64,000 nt of DNA. It comes from Tubiluchus corallicola. Its lineage: Eukaryota > Animalia > Priapulida. Position numbers and translations under genes: made by a program. Shown here in pieces: positions 13,708 through 26,982 of the stretch. Under the pieces are notes generated by a model. That model searched no databases. It worked only from the letters and a program-made list of their open reading frames with translations, and had not been told where the DNA came from. Location of the stretch: assembly GCA_030141605.1 (NCBI GenBank), contig JAQGDQ010000722.1, forward strand, positions 43,630 to 107,629, read 5' to 3'. The number at the start of each line of letters is the position of its first letter. Positions within the stretch are counted from its first letter, which is position 1.

Positions 13708-14857
13708 CTATGTCGTGTCATCTCTTTCGTTGTGGTACACGTCGATGACTGCTTCCAGTAAATCTCTTAGGGCAATTTTCTCCTTTGTATTCATAGTTTC
13801 ATCAACGTCATCTAGCAAAGATACTTGAGAATCAAGGGTTTCCTCATTGATGTCTGGCACCAATGGTCGCCTGCAAGATTACGAAATTATGAAATTTCAC
13901 AATGAGTCTTCCATAGTCAGTCTTATAACTAAAGTATAATTACGATTATTAATAATTTTAGACTTCATTTACTTGTAATATGGCCTGACAACAATATTGC
14001 CAACGCTCTATGTTAACGATATTAGTGATCGTCTGTATACGATACTAAAACGCCCTTTGGGTATGTTCTGTATTATTGCCAAAATGGTTGTGCCTGCATA
14101 GGGCCCTTTAAAATTTCACTATTTGCTGATTGCATTTCAGTTTGACTCAAGTTCAAAGTTTCTAAGGAAATCACTGCTATGAGGAAAATTACAACGATGA
14201 GGACTGTATAGTAAGTATCAGTGCCTATACTGACGTCACTAAAAGCAGTTATTAGAGCAACACCAACAGCAACAGCGACAGCACTACCACCACTACCACC
14301 ACCACCATCACCAACCACCACTAACAACAGCAACAACGACGACAACGACGACAACAATAACAGCAGCAGTGTTTGTAATGATGAGGACGCATTAGCAACA
14401 ACATGGCATAGCCTTAGCGTGTGACATCTGTAACAAAAATAACAGTAGTCATATCTTTATTCGTGTGACAGCAGTAATCTCTCAAAGTATTAGTCTTTTT
14501 GCATCCAAAATAAATTATTTATCACATATACTTGTTGTATATAAGCAATAATTATTGCGTAGAAACAGACCTGTTGAGGAAAAACAAAGCCTGATACATT
14601 GTGCAATTACATACTCCATCGCCTAAAATGAGAATGCTTATTACAGAATTAATAATTAATAAAGCAACGAACCATTTGTCTAGTAAAGGTTTATAGTGGT
14701 CAGGTAGCGCCCTCTTCTGAGAGAAAAACTGAAAATTGCAGCGACATCTTTCGCTGGGAATCCTTAACAAGCAAATATCTCTGCAGCGCACGGCAGCCGT
14801 CAACGGTGCAAAGATAACGAGAAAGAGGGAAACGAAAACGACAATCTGTTGCTGCAT
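13708..14857 (-). CDS. Four-cysteine neuropeptide-like precursor B (paralogue of A), 115 aa, 2 coding exons
   Basis: Exons 14857-14673 and 13870-13708 (phase-2 intron, TG|GTTCGT ... TTGCAG|G). Signal MQQQIVVFVSLFLVIFAPLTAA, peptide VRCRDICLLRIPSERCRCNFQFFSQ, KR, acidic tail ...INEETLDSQVSLLDDVDETM...ERDDTT*. A splice acceptor (TTTTTCAG) lies 9 nt upstream of the ATG. Confidence 0.8.
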
Positions 14858-14914
14858 TATTGGTATCTGAAAAATAGATATATTTGGATTACAATTTACA
14901 TTTTCGCATACTAG

Positions 14915-15256
<342 letters not shown>

Positions 15257-18007
15257 TATGCTATCCAGTGGAAGCCGTTTCTACCAGCAATGCTAAGGTA
15301 GTTAGAACGTTAACCTAAACCACTTTTCAGTCACCGATCGATCCTGAAGAAAGCTACAAGTGATTCAACCGGTCCAAGAAAAGACCACATAAAACACGTA
15401 ATCACTACATTTTACGCACAATGGATACTTCATTTTATTGGAAATTTATTTTCTCATATGTGGTCTTGACCCTTGTGACTCAAAGTAAAGTAGAATTAAA
15501 TTTTACAAGTATAACACTCTTCATGTAGAAATCTAATAGCTATTCTGCCAAATAATAAAACACATGCAACTTCTGCAAATAAAATTATTAACAGTCCTGA
15601 AGCCCTTTTTGAAAGCCCTTATCATGGACTCCCAATAAAGAATCCCTGCTTTACGACTTACTAAAAGCACAATCAGTTTCATAGTTATGAGAATTATCCA
15701 TCGTTTTCAGAAAACATAATATGAAATGCAATAATACGCTGAACGCACTTTTTAAAGTAAAATGAAAACCAAAAGAACATCTTCTGCTGATGAATCTGCG
15801 TTATGGCAACAATTGTTTTAATTTCCTATTTTCTGTACGTAGCTTGAAGCTATTTAGATATAGCTTTTATAACTGCGCTGCAGTAAAATGAAACGTCGTT
15901 TTGTGATCAAGCTATTTAGTTCTTTAAATATAATACCCTACAAAAGCAATTATCAGAACTTTATTCGGTTAAATTCCTTGTGCACCAGTTTTTTTATTCC
16001 CAATACCCAAATCATCAAATCTTTACACAAATTACACGCATAAAACAAATAAACATAAAATATAAAACTGCATCAGTCATCAAAGTGTTCATAAAAGGCG
16101 TTAACGATTTGCATTTGACAGCTACGAAGTTTTTTTGTTGAAGAAGCCTTTTCTAAAATGAATTGCAACTGTATCTGTGTTTCATTTTTCCAAACATGTT
16201 CAAGTGAATAAGCAAATATACATACTGGCAAATATGTATAAGTCTATACTTAAGGCCATAAGCTGCCTTATAGTTAGGCTTATAGTTTTGCCAACTAAGT
16301 TGAACTAATGCCGATTGGGCAAATCGTACGATCGATTTGGTAGGATTTCAATTTTACTGAACAAAACATCCAACGCGTTTTTCGAGAGAAATCTTCGCAG
16401 TTCATTTTTACAGTACTTTATCTGCTGTACCGAAATTATCGCACATTTAACAAAAATGTAAACATTATACACACTCTTTTCTCAACTGAACAACTTTTAT
16501 GGCTTTTAACCATTATAATTTTAATTACTATACCCCGTGGAGTTGCAGCAAAACGTGAAACGTTTGGAAAATATTGCAGACATTGCGAAACTGCGCCATT
16601 AAACGTTGTAGAACATCCTGCACTGAGCGCTAACTTATTCAAAACCTGAGTGCATTATCCTAACTGTGACAATCAGCAGTCTGGTTAATCATGTGGGCTT
16701 CAATCCTATTGTGGAAGCCAGCCAGGTACATAACGCTCACATACAGGTGAAATGTGAAAGTTATGTTTATCATTACCAGACCATTATTGCGTATTCAAAA
16801 TTTCCACACAAGGGAGATTGAAACCTGTCTATGTTTGTTTGACCAATTAGACCTCATTCAGAGGTTGCCATTTTCTAGCTGCTTTCCGGATGCCATTTCC
16901 TAGCCACTTTTGTGGCTCTTTTGTTCAATTTGAATTAAAAAACCAGTGGGACATGTTTCAGCATTGTGCCCTCTTAAAATTGTTAGTAATTCCAAAAGGT
17001 TGCATAAGTTCATCGATTACGTAAATATGCATAACAAATCTTGTTTACTACCACGTGACTCTATTGGTGTTGCTCAGTGGAATAACGAAATGCTATTGGC
17101 AACTTGCGCTAGAGAACATTCAACCGGTACGCATTATATACGCAAATGTATTATCACATTTCCATTATACTGCAAAATTACAAAATCAGTTATATTGGCT
17201 GTTTGCTCATAAACTTCAGTTAAGATTATTAATTTCGTGCAAAACAAGCAATTAACATTTTAATTTCAATCATCCAGTAATCAACCGTCACATATAAACT
17301 TCACTGCGTTCTTCTTATAGTATTATTAAAATCGGCTTGTTTGTCGGGTTTTGTGTCTGTTTGTTTGTTTGTTTGTTTGTTTTGCTTGTCTCGTTAATTC
17401 AGCTACGCACGACAGCAAATAGTAACTTATTAATACTAGGTCTATAAATACAATCTATAGCGAAATTTTTTCAAACGTTAACTTTAGAGAGTATACTCTA
17501 CTCTGAACGTTAACTCGAGACAAAAAAATCATGTTGAATTTACGCTACCATGTGAAAGGGCACTTTATTTAAACAAGTTTTCAAAGATTTAGTAAAACTT
17601 TATCATTATAAGTACTTGTAACTAATTACTGAAAATAAGATTGACCAGAACCTCAAGTTTGAGATTTTCCGAAACTAGTCCACATTGCTGAAACACCCGT
17701 GACACCTGAGGAAACGTAAATCTTTCCTTTTTCCTCGTGGGAACTGACTGATGACGTTGTTGCTCCGTAAAATTCTTAAACTTCGAGAAAATGCTACAAA
17801 AATATTCTTGTTGACACTTCACCATTTTCATGCATTACATGACATGCGGTCCTAAAGGGAGTTTCTACATTGTACAGCTGCAACTAGGGCTACTGGGTTT
17901 TTAGACTATTACGACAAACGATTGTTTAAATGTTGAACCACATAAGGTAATATCAAGCACAATTTGACAAAGTAAAAACTTTCATTAGCATTCATGAAGA
18001 TATGAAA

Positions 18008-18039
18008 ACGTGTATGCCTAGTTTGCATACATATTTTTC

Positions 18040-18070
<31 letters not shown>

Positions 18071-18127
18071 CGAATTATATATATATATCGTACACGAATT
18101 CTATGTAGGCAAACTAGGCATACACGT
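18008..18127. repeat. Inverted repeat / mini-MITE around a (TA)n core
   Basis: ACGTGTATGCCTAGTTTGCATACATA pairs with TATGTAGGCAAACTAGGCATACACGT (one mismatch). Confidence 0.75.
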
Positions 18128-19967
18128 ATATATATATATATGAGCCACGTGACTCAAAAATGCGCCGAAGCTGTTAAAATTTACAGCTCTTAAAGGTTCT
18201 CTAACTTCTGTTACTTCAATAATATTTTCAGTAGATGGCAATGCCAGGACTTAACAGTGTAGGCAATACACATAGCGTGGCGGCATCTAGTGACAACAAT
18301 AAGAAAGCATCATAATCTCGCATTTCCATACTTGTTTCCATTTTTACGTGTCTCGGTGCAATCTTAATTTTGCTTGAAAGCATAATAATTTGCATTAATC
18401 AGATAAGGGATTTTATGTTAACTTTTCACTTGCTGTGGCCACTTTATAGCTTTCAGGGGTTAGTCTACGTTGTTTTTGTTTTACAGTAGATTGCTTTGCA
18501 GTTTAGAATTTTTTACAAATCGCCCCAAACAAGACCAATGGCTACTCAATGCTACGTACGCATTAGAAAGATGAAAATATGAATACAGGTACAGAGAAAC
18601 AATTCTTGTAACTGACTTGCTTTTGGTATGAAGTATTTGTTAAACTTCTTCTTAAAGCGAAAAAGGTATGGTTAGCTGGGAATCAATTTTAAAGTAATGA
18701 ATTCCGCCGATAAGTACACCGAGAGAAGAAACGGCTTACAGATTTATAAACAGTAGTTCTACATTCAAGACTAACGATGTAGCGGAAAGCTACGAACAAA
18801 CAAATTCTCTGCTTTTATGGCTTAATGAGAGTATCTTCTGCAGAAATACCGATAGAAAATGTAACAACTGGCTTTCAGTGGACAAAGGTCATTATGGCCA
18901 ACGCCCTACCAACTCTAGTCGAGAGCCGAACCAACATTGACAATACGATCCTGTAAGCTGTTAAGTTAGCTAAGGTTGTCAATTCGGGAAAGAGAAAGGT
19001 AAATTAAAGCGAGAAAACTTTAGATTGTACGGGCACATGAGATCCCCTGGTTTGGAGCACAGGGGTGTTTCTGGTTCTTCAATGACCACGACAGAAAATT
19101 TGTCTCAGTTATGTCTGTGCAAAAATAATGATTACTCTTTCTTAGAAAGTATTCTTCTAAAAGTTGTACTTGAGCAATTTGTTAAAAAAACGTGTATTTG
19201 AAAAAAATATAGACGTGACCTAAGATTTTTAAAAAAAATGCAATAAGGTGTTTTGTTAAAATATTTTGATTAAAGAAACCTGTATTGATAAAACTGATTT
19301 AAAATTGAAAACAGCAATAAGATTATGAGAGCATCCACGTTTGTTTATGCACAATGAGGTTTTTATTGAACTAAATCAAAAGCAAGTACAGTTTATGCAC
19401 AATTAGGTTCGTTTATGCACAGTCAAGATTACCCCAACAAATTGTCACCACACAGACCAGACAGTGAATCAGACCAACTATATTGTGCGGCTTCTATATT
19501 TCAATCAGCCTACACAAAAAAAATTTAAAATATACTACTCAGGTAGGCGAAAGGCAGCTTTCACACTCATCAGTTTCATGAATTCACAAAAAGCATACAG
19601 TAGTTAGCATTAATTGCAAAGTGTTCGGTTTAAGCAATTTGAGAATACTGAAGAGAATACTGCACCTTACTGTGCAAATTGAAATTTACTGTTGTAAGTT
19701 TACGTGGCGCGGGATAATACATAAAATCGTCAGTGGTTACAAATTTCACAATCTCAATTCTCAGCAGATATAGGTTTATGATCAGCAAAATTATGACGAA
19801 ACGTGAAGAAGAGTACGAAGCCATTATACGCGTAATTGCAACTTTTGCGATACAGAAACGTGTATGATAAAAATTACATGGCTGGCTATGTGTATGAGGG
19901 AGGGAGGGTAATTAATTGCCTACGCGTTAGGGAGGAGGCTACCCAACAAGAAATCCATCCTTGATGT

Positions 19968-20032
19968 AGTAAGTGTAGTGGTAGCATAGCTACCGGAGAG
20001 CAGAATGCCCAGGTTCGAGTCCCAGTGGACTG
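19968..20032 (+). mobile_element. tRNA-derived SINE head or tRNA pseudogene
   Basis: A-box-like TGTAGTGGTAG and B-box GGTTCGAGTCC (20012-20022). No convincing acceptor stem. Confidence 0.55.
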
Positions 20033-20169
20033 AAAAAATTTTCTAAACTTTTTAAGACATGCTTGCTTCGCACAAGTAATTAGTAAGTTGGTAGCAATTT
20101 ACTAAATATTTATTTGAACCGTATCAGTTTTGCAGAAAGAAACTATTAATTATTTCAGATGAAAAAATA

Positions 20170-20277
<108 letters not shown>

Positions 20278-23200
20278 GTTATATAAATATATGTACAAGC
20301 ATACTGCTGCAATAAAATTAAGTAAAATCTTTTATTTCATCAGTACAGTTGTATATACATTTACGTAATTAATTATGTGGTTTTAGTCCACAGAAAACGA
20401 CATAGATTTTTGTGATTCTCGGACACGGTATTATCAATTATTTTTATATTACGTAGACATTTATACGTTTACAGTGCGAAGTGAGTAGACTATTATTAGT
20501 AATTGTGAGTGCTTTAGGACAGAAGTTAAACCATTCTGAAATTGGCCGGTAAAAGGACACCTGCCTGCCGGGTTCTGTACTCCCTCTAAACGATTTCACT
20601 CTCATAAGGCTCCTGGTTCTGTCTTTTGTATCGTTGACGGAAGATGTATAATTCACATTGTAACGTGGCTGAAATTTTTCTGCCTTCCAGAGCCTCGTGT
20701 TACATGATTAGCCTTGATAATGTGTAATGCTCCCAAATTAATCAAGCGACATTGAGTGCTGGTTTCTAGCTTACAAAGTGTCTGAATAGGTGGGTAAAAA
20801 CGCAATGTATTCTTGCTTTGTGAGCTTGACAGTTTCGCGTTCTCTATCAAGCAGGTAAACAGGTAAAATATGGCCTTAATTTCTCACCCGCCAACATTTA
20901 ATTAATAAGTAACATGGCTTCTACTTTAAGTAAGCGTTAATGATCAAATAGACGGTGCCTTTGACATAAGATTGAGACTTAACAAATGCTCTAATAGCAG
21001 TAAAATGTAATCAATATGTAATGTACTATTTATCAACTGACGAAAGTGGTACATATTTTATAGATTTAAAAATGCATGTAGCTTGTCAACTGCATAGGTC
21101 TATATATCGTTAGTTTAGGATTTACTGTACTGTTTAAATTTTATTTGGGCTCCGCGTATACGCACTTTTACTGGTCTGCCAAAAATCCAGCGCGCAAACG
21201 TGCAATTTTCAGTAGTTGAGCAACTGAAAACTGCAGCAATTCTACTGATGTACCAAAATCCAGTGCACAAACATTCACTTTTTAATTGCCCAAGTGGTAC
21301 TAAGGAATTCGAGAACGCTGTCTCCATTTACGCACTCTTACTTCCAAAAAAAGAAATAAAGTCTATAAAACGAGTAAAGCATTGGGCTAATCTAATTTTT
21401 TTAACCACCAGTTAATGAAAGGACAATTTTATGTGCTGTATACCGCCTAATATAAGTAAATTCTTTCGTTATTATCGCCTGAGTCTGAGTGTAGTTTTGA
21501 TTAAGTTTTGCCAATTATTGGGGCAGTACCTATTTTCAAATCAAGCGGAGTAAAAAATTGTCCAAGAGAAAAGAAAAATGATCGTTATTCTTGACCTCGT
21601 TATATGCTGTGTTTACACGGGAAGCAACGAGAAGCTGCTTTACAACATTATCTATTTAATTTTAAACTCACTGCGTGGCAGGTGTAACATGTATTATAGA
21701 ACACATTACTTTATGAATAAAAACTGTGTAAAATTTGGAAAAGCCGCTCGTTTAGCTAGAAAAATCAGAATTCAAAATACAAACTAATATTCACTTGCAA
21801 GAAAATATTCATATTATTGTGACACTGGATCATATGAAAAGGTTAAATTGTTTATTCGTGCGAATTTTATACAATTTTTAGTTCGTATATTTCCTGGGGA
21901 GGGCGAGACTCTAGTACATTGGGCACTGAAGTATGAGCGTTTAAGTAATATGTGATGGAACTAGCAGTATGTTGGAAATTGTCAAAGTAAGCCGTAGTAG
22001 GGAAAAATCAATAGTGGAGGTAGTAAAACTGCGTTAATTATCTCATTTGGATATTTAAAAATTCATATTTTGGTCTCCAGTTTCTGAGTGTCACTGAATT
22101 CTTGAAAGACGGTAGCAAAGACAATAAGAATGACTGATCTTCATTTGTTTTTCTTTTGTCTTTTTAAATGTTTTTAAGACACTGCCATTTTAGAAGACAC
22201 TACTAGCTTCCTACACTTAACTATTTTGTTTTATAAAAGTTGTATCTCTGTGCAAGGCCTTAGAGTGTTACTAGTAACTACGATATACCTAATTTATGTC
22301 ACGAGTGAACTTGCCTATAGTTCGCTAAACAGAATGATGTTAATGCTATGTTAAGAAAAAAGGACTTGAAGCGTTTGTAATTTCCAAAATGTTTAACTCG
22401 GTTTTGTTCGGGAAATTTCGGAAATACAAGCTTAATCGAAAAAGCAAAGTACAAAATTTAAGCCTGCAACGCTAAAAATTGGGACACATGTATTTTTAAA
22501 AATTCGTCTGCAATTCCTATCTCATAATGCACACAAAGCAGTGAAATTGTATAGTTAAAACAAAATAAATACACCGGTTTTTTCGTGTACGTGTTTACTG
22601 TTTAATGCCGTTTTTGACGGCTGAACCGGATCCAGTTGACAAACAAGATTGTTTGTCAATCAACTTGTTATAAAGGTTTGAGAGTTTTATTACCTTGGAT
22701 ACTGGAGCGCTCAACTAATGAAACACTAATCGTCCCGCGGTATTTCGGGAGTTAAAAACTTTGAATCTGTGTGTGATGTAATGGGGTACCATTACCAAAT
22801 TCTTGACCTTCGAACTGTACGCACACACCCATACGCAGAGATATGCACTTATGTTTTGAAACCAATTTTCACACAAGTCAATATACTAATCCGTAATATG
22901 TATTTATGTGTACATAAATATATGCAGTTTCATGTGGTGCAGATTTAGACGCAAATGGTACACTTTCAGATTAAACCATTTGGCCACCATTTTATAAGAA
23001 ATGCAAAATAATCGGCTAAGTTTAGTTTATTGTACATTTAGTTTATTGTACCAACAGTGCGCCACAATATGCGTTAGTTTCAATGCAACTATAATTACTG
23101 ATTGTCCCTAGTAGTAATAAAAGCTAAATAATTTATATGCCTATAAAACACCAGTGCTAATTAACAATAAAATTAATATTATTAATACAAGACTCAATAA

Positions 23201-25490
23201 ATTCAGATGCAAAATCGCGAGCATCATCGCGTTTGTCACTTGACTTTGCCTGGTGCAGTCATGTCGTACAAAATTCTATAAACTTTTAAAAAACAGTAGA
23301 CTATTACGCTCATGTATGACTGACCAGTGTGCCGAGTGCTCGTGACTATTTATCAATTGACTATGAATGATCCAGTGTGGTTTAATCATACATGACTGGG
23401 CAGTTTATCGGGATTTTGTCCTAGCTTTCACATTTTAATTCCTATCTTGGGGCCTTAAGTAACCCCAGTATTTTAACTATTGATGTGCTCGATCAGTTTT
23501 CAGCCATTACACGGGTGCGCAAGTACGTGAAAGGGGTATGGTTTTATTTTTTGTAGTTTTAATACAAAATATCTTGTTCCAGACTTTTGGTTAATCAGCG
23601 TAAACAGCGCATTACGAAATAATTCGAATGAATATAATTTGCATAAGCCAATGAGACAATAATGAAAATAACGTATAAACGGAGTCATTTGGGATAAATC
23701 CAGCTGGGGAATTTCGGACATCGGCTGCTAGTCTCCAACATAACTTCTCAAAAGGACGCTGACAAAAGACCAATAACAATACAAATACTAAGTAAGAAAA
23801 ACTACAATAGGCAATGAAGGCAATACATGACTAACCATACGTATTCAAACGCATCTCACAGTCTGTGAGCAGTCTTGTGAATTCCTTGATTTGTGAAGCC
23901 ATGTGCAGGGTCATCGTTGCCCGGCTTCAAATACATGCGCCAAGAGAGTAGCTTTACCTAGCTTCTTTTAACATGTATGTAACACAACAAACATATTGAC
24001 TAGGGGATGACATTATTATAAGCGAAAAACAATGGCAGCTCTAATGAACAAGATCGAAACTGGACTAAATAATTGATGGACTAAAGTTTTATACAATTTG
24101 GTTATAGGCATTCAAGGTAGAGAGGTCACAGTTTTGTAATCAATTTGGCAAACTCAAATTCAACCAATTTTTGTATACATAACAAGCGTAAAGGTCCACA
24201 TACTTCTTTTAATTATGTAATAATTTTAGTTGATGACAACAGTAGAGGTATAAAAATATGTTGGGTTTGCTCAATGTAGCAACCTCTATTGATAAAAATG
24301 GCTCATTAAAAGAGGTGCCCTTTTAACTATTTAAGTCACAATTTGAGCGATGCACGGTCAAGTTTATTTTATTTTATTTTATTTTGTTTTCGTTAATTTT
24401 ATCTTATTCTATTTAAATGAAGTCTGAGTTTACATATCAGTTAATGCGATTTCTAGTTAAAAGCCTATAATTATACATATCTGCCAAAAAATCAAGGAAT
24501 AAGAATAGTTAAGCGCAAAACTCATAATCTAAAGCAAAATAATTTCTAAAAAGCTGATGATATTATTTTTGTGTGCTTTCAATTTACCTACAAGATGAAT
24601 ACTTAAAGGAGAAGACAAGGGAATTTTGAAGTATAACCTAAAGAATTTTCCATACAAAGTTATAATACTTATCTGTTTGAAAGTCTTTTGTAATTGGAAA
24701 AGAAAATACTTAATCAGTTAAAATATTCGCGCCACCTGGTGAAACAGAATTGCATCGCCACCCCATTGTGCGCCACTGATTCACCAAAAAAAATATTTTT
24801 GTTCTTATTGACAAAAATGTAATTTATACTTTTGTTTAGTTGGACACCAGTGTGTTACGAGTCTTTGATTATTTTTTCAAATTGTACCCAATGTTATCTA
24901 AACTTGTTTCAAACGACTTATTGTTAAAATGGCCTAATGGTCATCGCGGGAGTTTAAATTTACAAATTTTATACAGCGTTACCACAAACGTAAGTCTTGT
25001 ATGCAATAAGTCAGCATATAAGTGATATAAAATTTCAAGGCGAATTTTTTAAACCTTATTTATCAATTGTGCTTTTTTAAATTCAATTTTCAAACGTTTT
25101 TACCTGTGTTTCATAATACCGAACCATAGCAAAACCTAAGATGTACAGGTCAGGTTATTATAATGCCTACTGTCTTCATTTCAATTTACTAGCACAAATT
25201 ATGTATGAATTGCAAAACGTAACCTATACCTAAGAAATACCTTTCGCACAGGTAGTTATCTAAAACATTTTTCTTTGTTTTCGTTATTTCTATTAAACTA
25301 TACTGTATTTCAGGCAATATTCTTAGTATTAGTTTTATCTATAGATAAATCTCGTTAAACACCTACGTGTTTTTTTCCAAATTCCTTGAAACGCAGTTCC
25401 TCTGATGCTTACGATGCTTTTGTTGTTCGGCAAAACAAAGTTTCAAACAGCACCACAGAGACGACTCTTCACTTCTTCATGTTTACTCAC

Positions 25491-25817
25491 GTTTGTACTG
25501 AGCTTCTCCCCCGAGTTGTCGTCAGTTTACGCCTCTGCGCGCCACGTCGTGGGCTTAAATAATAAGCTCAGTTGTTGCATAATTCAGAAACTCGAGTGTC
25601 AGACTAGGGCAGGAGTTCCTGATCTACTAAGTCTAAATTACTCCTGATGTGGGTGAATTGAAGAACCATTTTGAGATTAAAGGAAAAGTCAACGGCCAGT
25701 GCATTTTAACATACAATAACATACTATTAGGGGGAGTAAAAGTATTGAAAGTCCTTCAAGTGCAAAAAGTATCGTTCTTTTTTTGCCTGCCGCCTGACGT
25801 CTGTGGCCATGACGTCA
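25491..25817 (-). promoter_or_regulatory. Candidate promoter plus short non-coding first exon (possibly of precursor B)
   Basis: Full CRE TGACGTCA at 25810-25817 plus TGACGT near 25795, TATA-like TATTTAAG at 25561-25554, a CpG-rich stretch, then a strong donor AAC|GTGAGT at 25491/25490. Precursor B has an unpaired acceptor at 14868. Confidence 0.4.
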
Positions 25818-26691
25818 TCAGGGCTTTAAAGCGATTTTATAAATTGCTCAAGGACTTGTCACACTTTCTGAAATTTTTCTCAAGCATCAAAATAAATCCC
25901 ACCTTTACCTTTTCTTTTAACCCTTTCATACCCATTGTATCCAATGGGATACGAGAATATTTTCTGCCTTTAAAATTAATAAAATTTTAAAACTGACAGT
26001 TATTTGATCTGTTAATAGTTATTTTGATTTAAGCCAATAACAATAGACTACAAAAGGTGATAAAATGGCAAACTAGAAAATCTACATCGCATAAAAAAAC
26101 TGCGCAAGGTACAGTACTTTAGAGACGACTTTGTACAGATCAGCATAGCATACATACTAAATGTCTTAAATACTTTAAAAAATTATCAGCAGTTGCAAAA
26201 TGAAGCACATTTTTTGCTTTTGTTCTGGTTTTTAAAAAGTCGGACTTTGTTTTTTACACATGACAAAGTAACCGTGACTCAGACCCAAATCCATTTCCAT
26301 GATCTGTTAAAATTAGCGTGATTTTTTGTGATCTGAACGTCTTACTCTGCCACTTGTCCAACTACAGGCTTGTTATTTAATAAGACCACAGAAGCAGTAA
26401 TATTAGATAATGGCAAGAAATTGAAAATTCAAAAGAGCTCATTTAAATAGGTTTGGTTTAGTTTGCATAATTTGCGTCTTTTATGTGAGTTTACATAATA
26501 TACTTTTTTTCGTAAGCGGGAAGGGTTTACGCGAATTTACCTACCTGAATCAGGTGAAATTAGGCGTTAATAACTGTGTGGTCACAGGCAGGACCAAAGT
26601 TAAATGACGTTAAGAATGGTCAGTGACCAGATGATGATATTGAACTGAATAATCGCTCTGGACAGTTTCAATTGCTGATTTTGTATTTTTT

Positions 26692-26768
26692 TACCTCGCA
26701 TGAGGAGATTATATTTACGTCCAGATGTGGCTAAAACACTCTATCGCTTGAGTGTCTTATCTGAGAGG
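26692..26768 (-). repeat. Dispersed repeat (SINE-like); further copies at ~47360-47435 and ~60640-60712
   Basis: Shared core AGATAAGACACT...GTGTCTTAGCCA...GAGG in three places; the third copy is more degenerate. Confidence 0.55.
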
Positions 26769-26864
26769 CATAGATTTCATAACCCGCGTGATTCCGGTCG
26801 CGCCATAATCATCCACAATTCCACATTCACTCGACTACTGAATACTGGTTTCCAGCTTGTAGTG

Positions 26865-26911
26865 AGTAAGCAAGTAAGTAAGTAAGCAAGCAAGTAAGTA
26901 AGTAGTAAGTA

Positions 26912-26944
<33 letters not shown>

Positions 26945-26982
26945 TCAAGCAAGCAAGCAAGCAAGTAAGTAAAGTAAGTAAG
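26865..26982. repeat. (AAGT)n/(AAGC)n microsatellite
   Basis: Direct reading. Confidence 0.9.

Noticed and set aside
14073-14424. ORFs with hydrophobic, poly-G or poly-P stretches inside the precursor B intron
   Set aside because: They derive from degenerate CCA/CAA/ACG trinucleotide repeats.
19968-20032. Functional tRNA gene (also B-box-like GGTTCGAATCC on the minus strand near 32177-32187)
   Set aside because: Internal promoter boxes are present but there is no complete cloverleaf; treated as SINE-derived.
22636-22659. Short palindrome TTGACAAACAA-GA-TTGTTTGTCAA
   Set aside because: Too short for a pre-miRNA or MITE, with no supporting context.
25448-25466. REST/NRSE-like CAGCACCACAGA
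   Set aside because: Only a half-site match, and REST regulation is not expected in a probable protostome.
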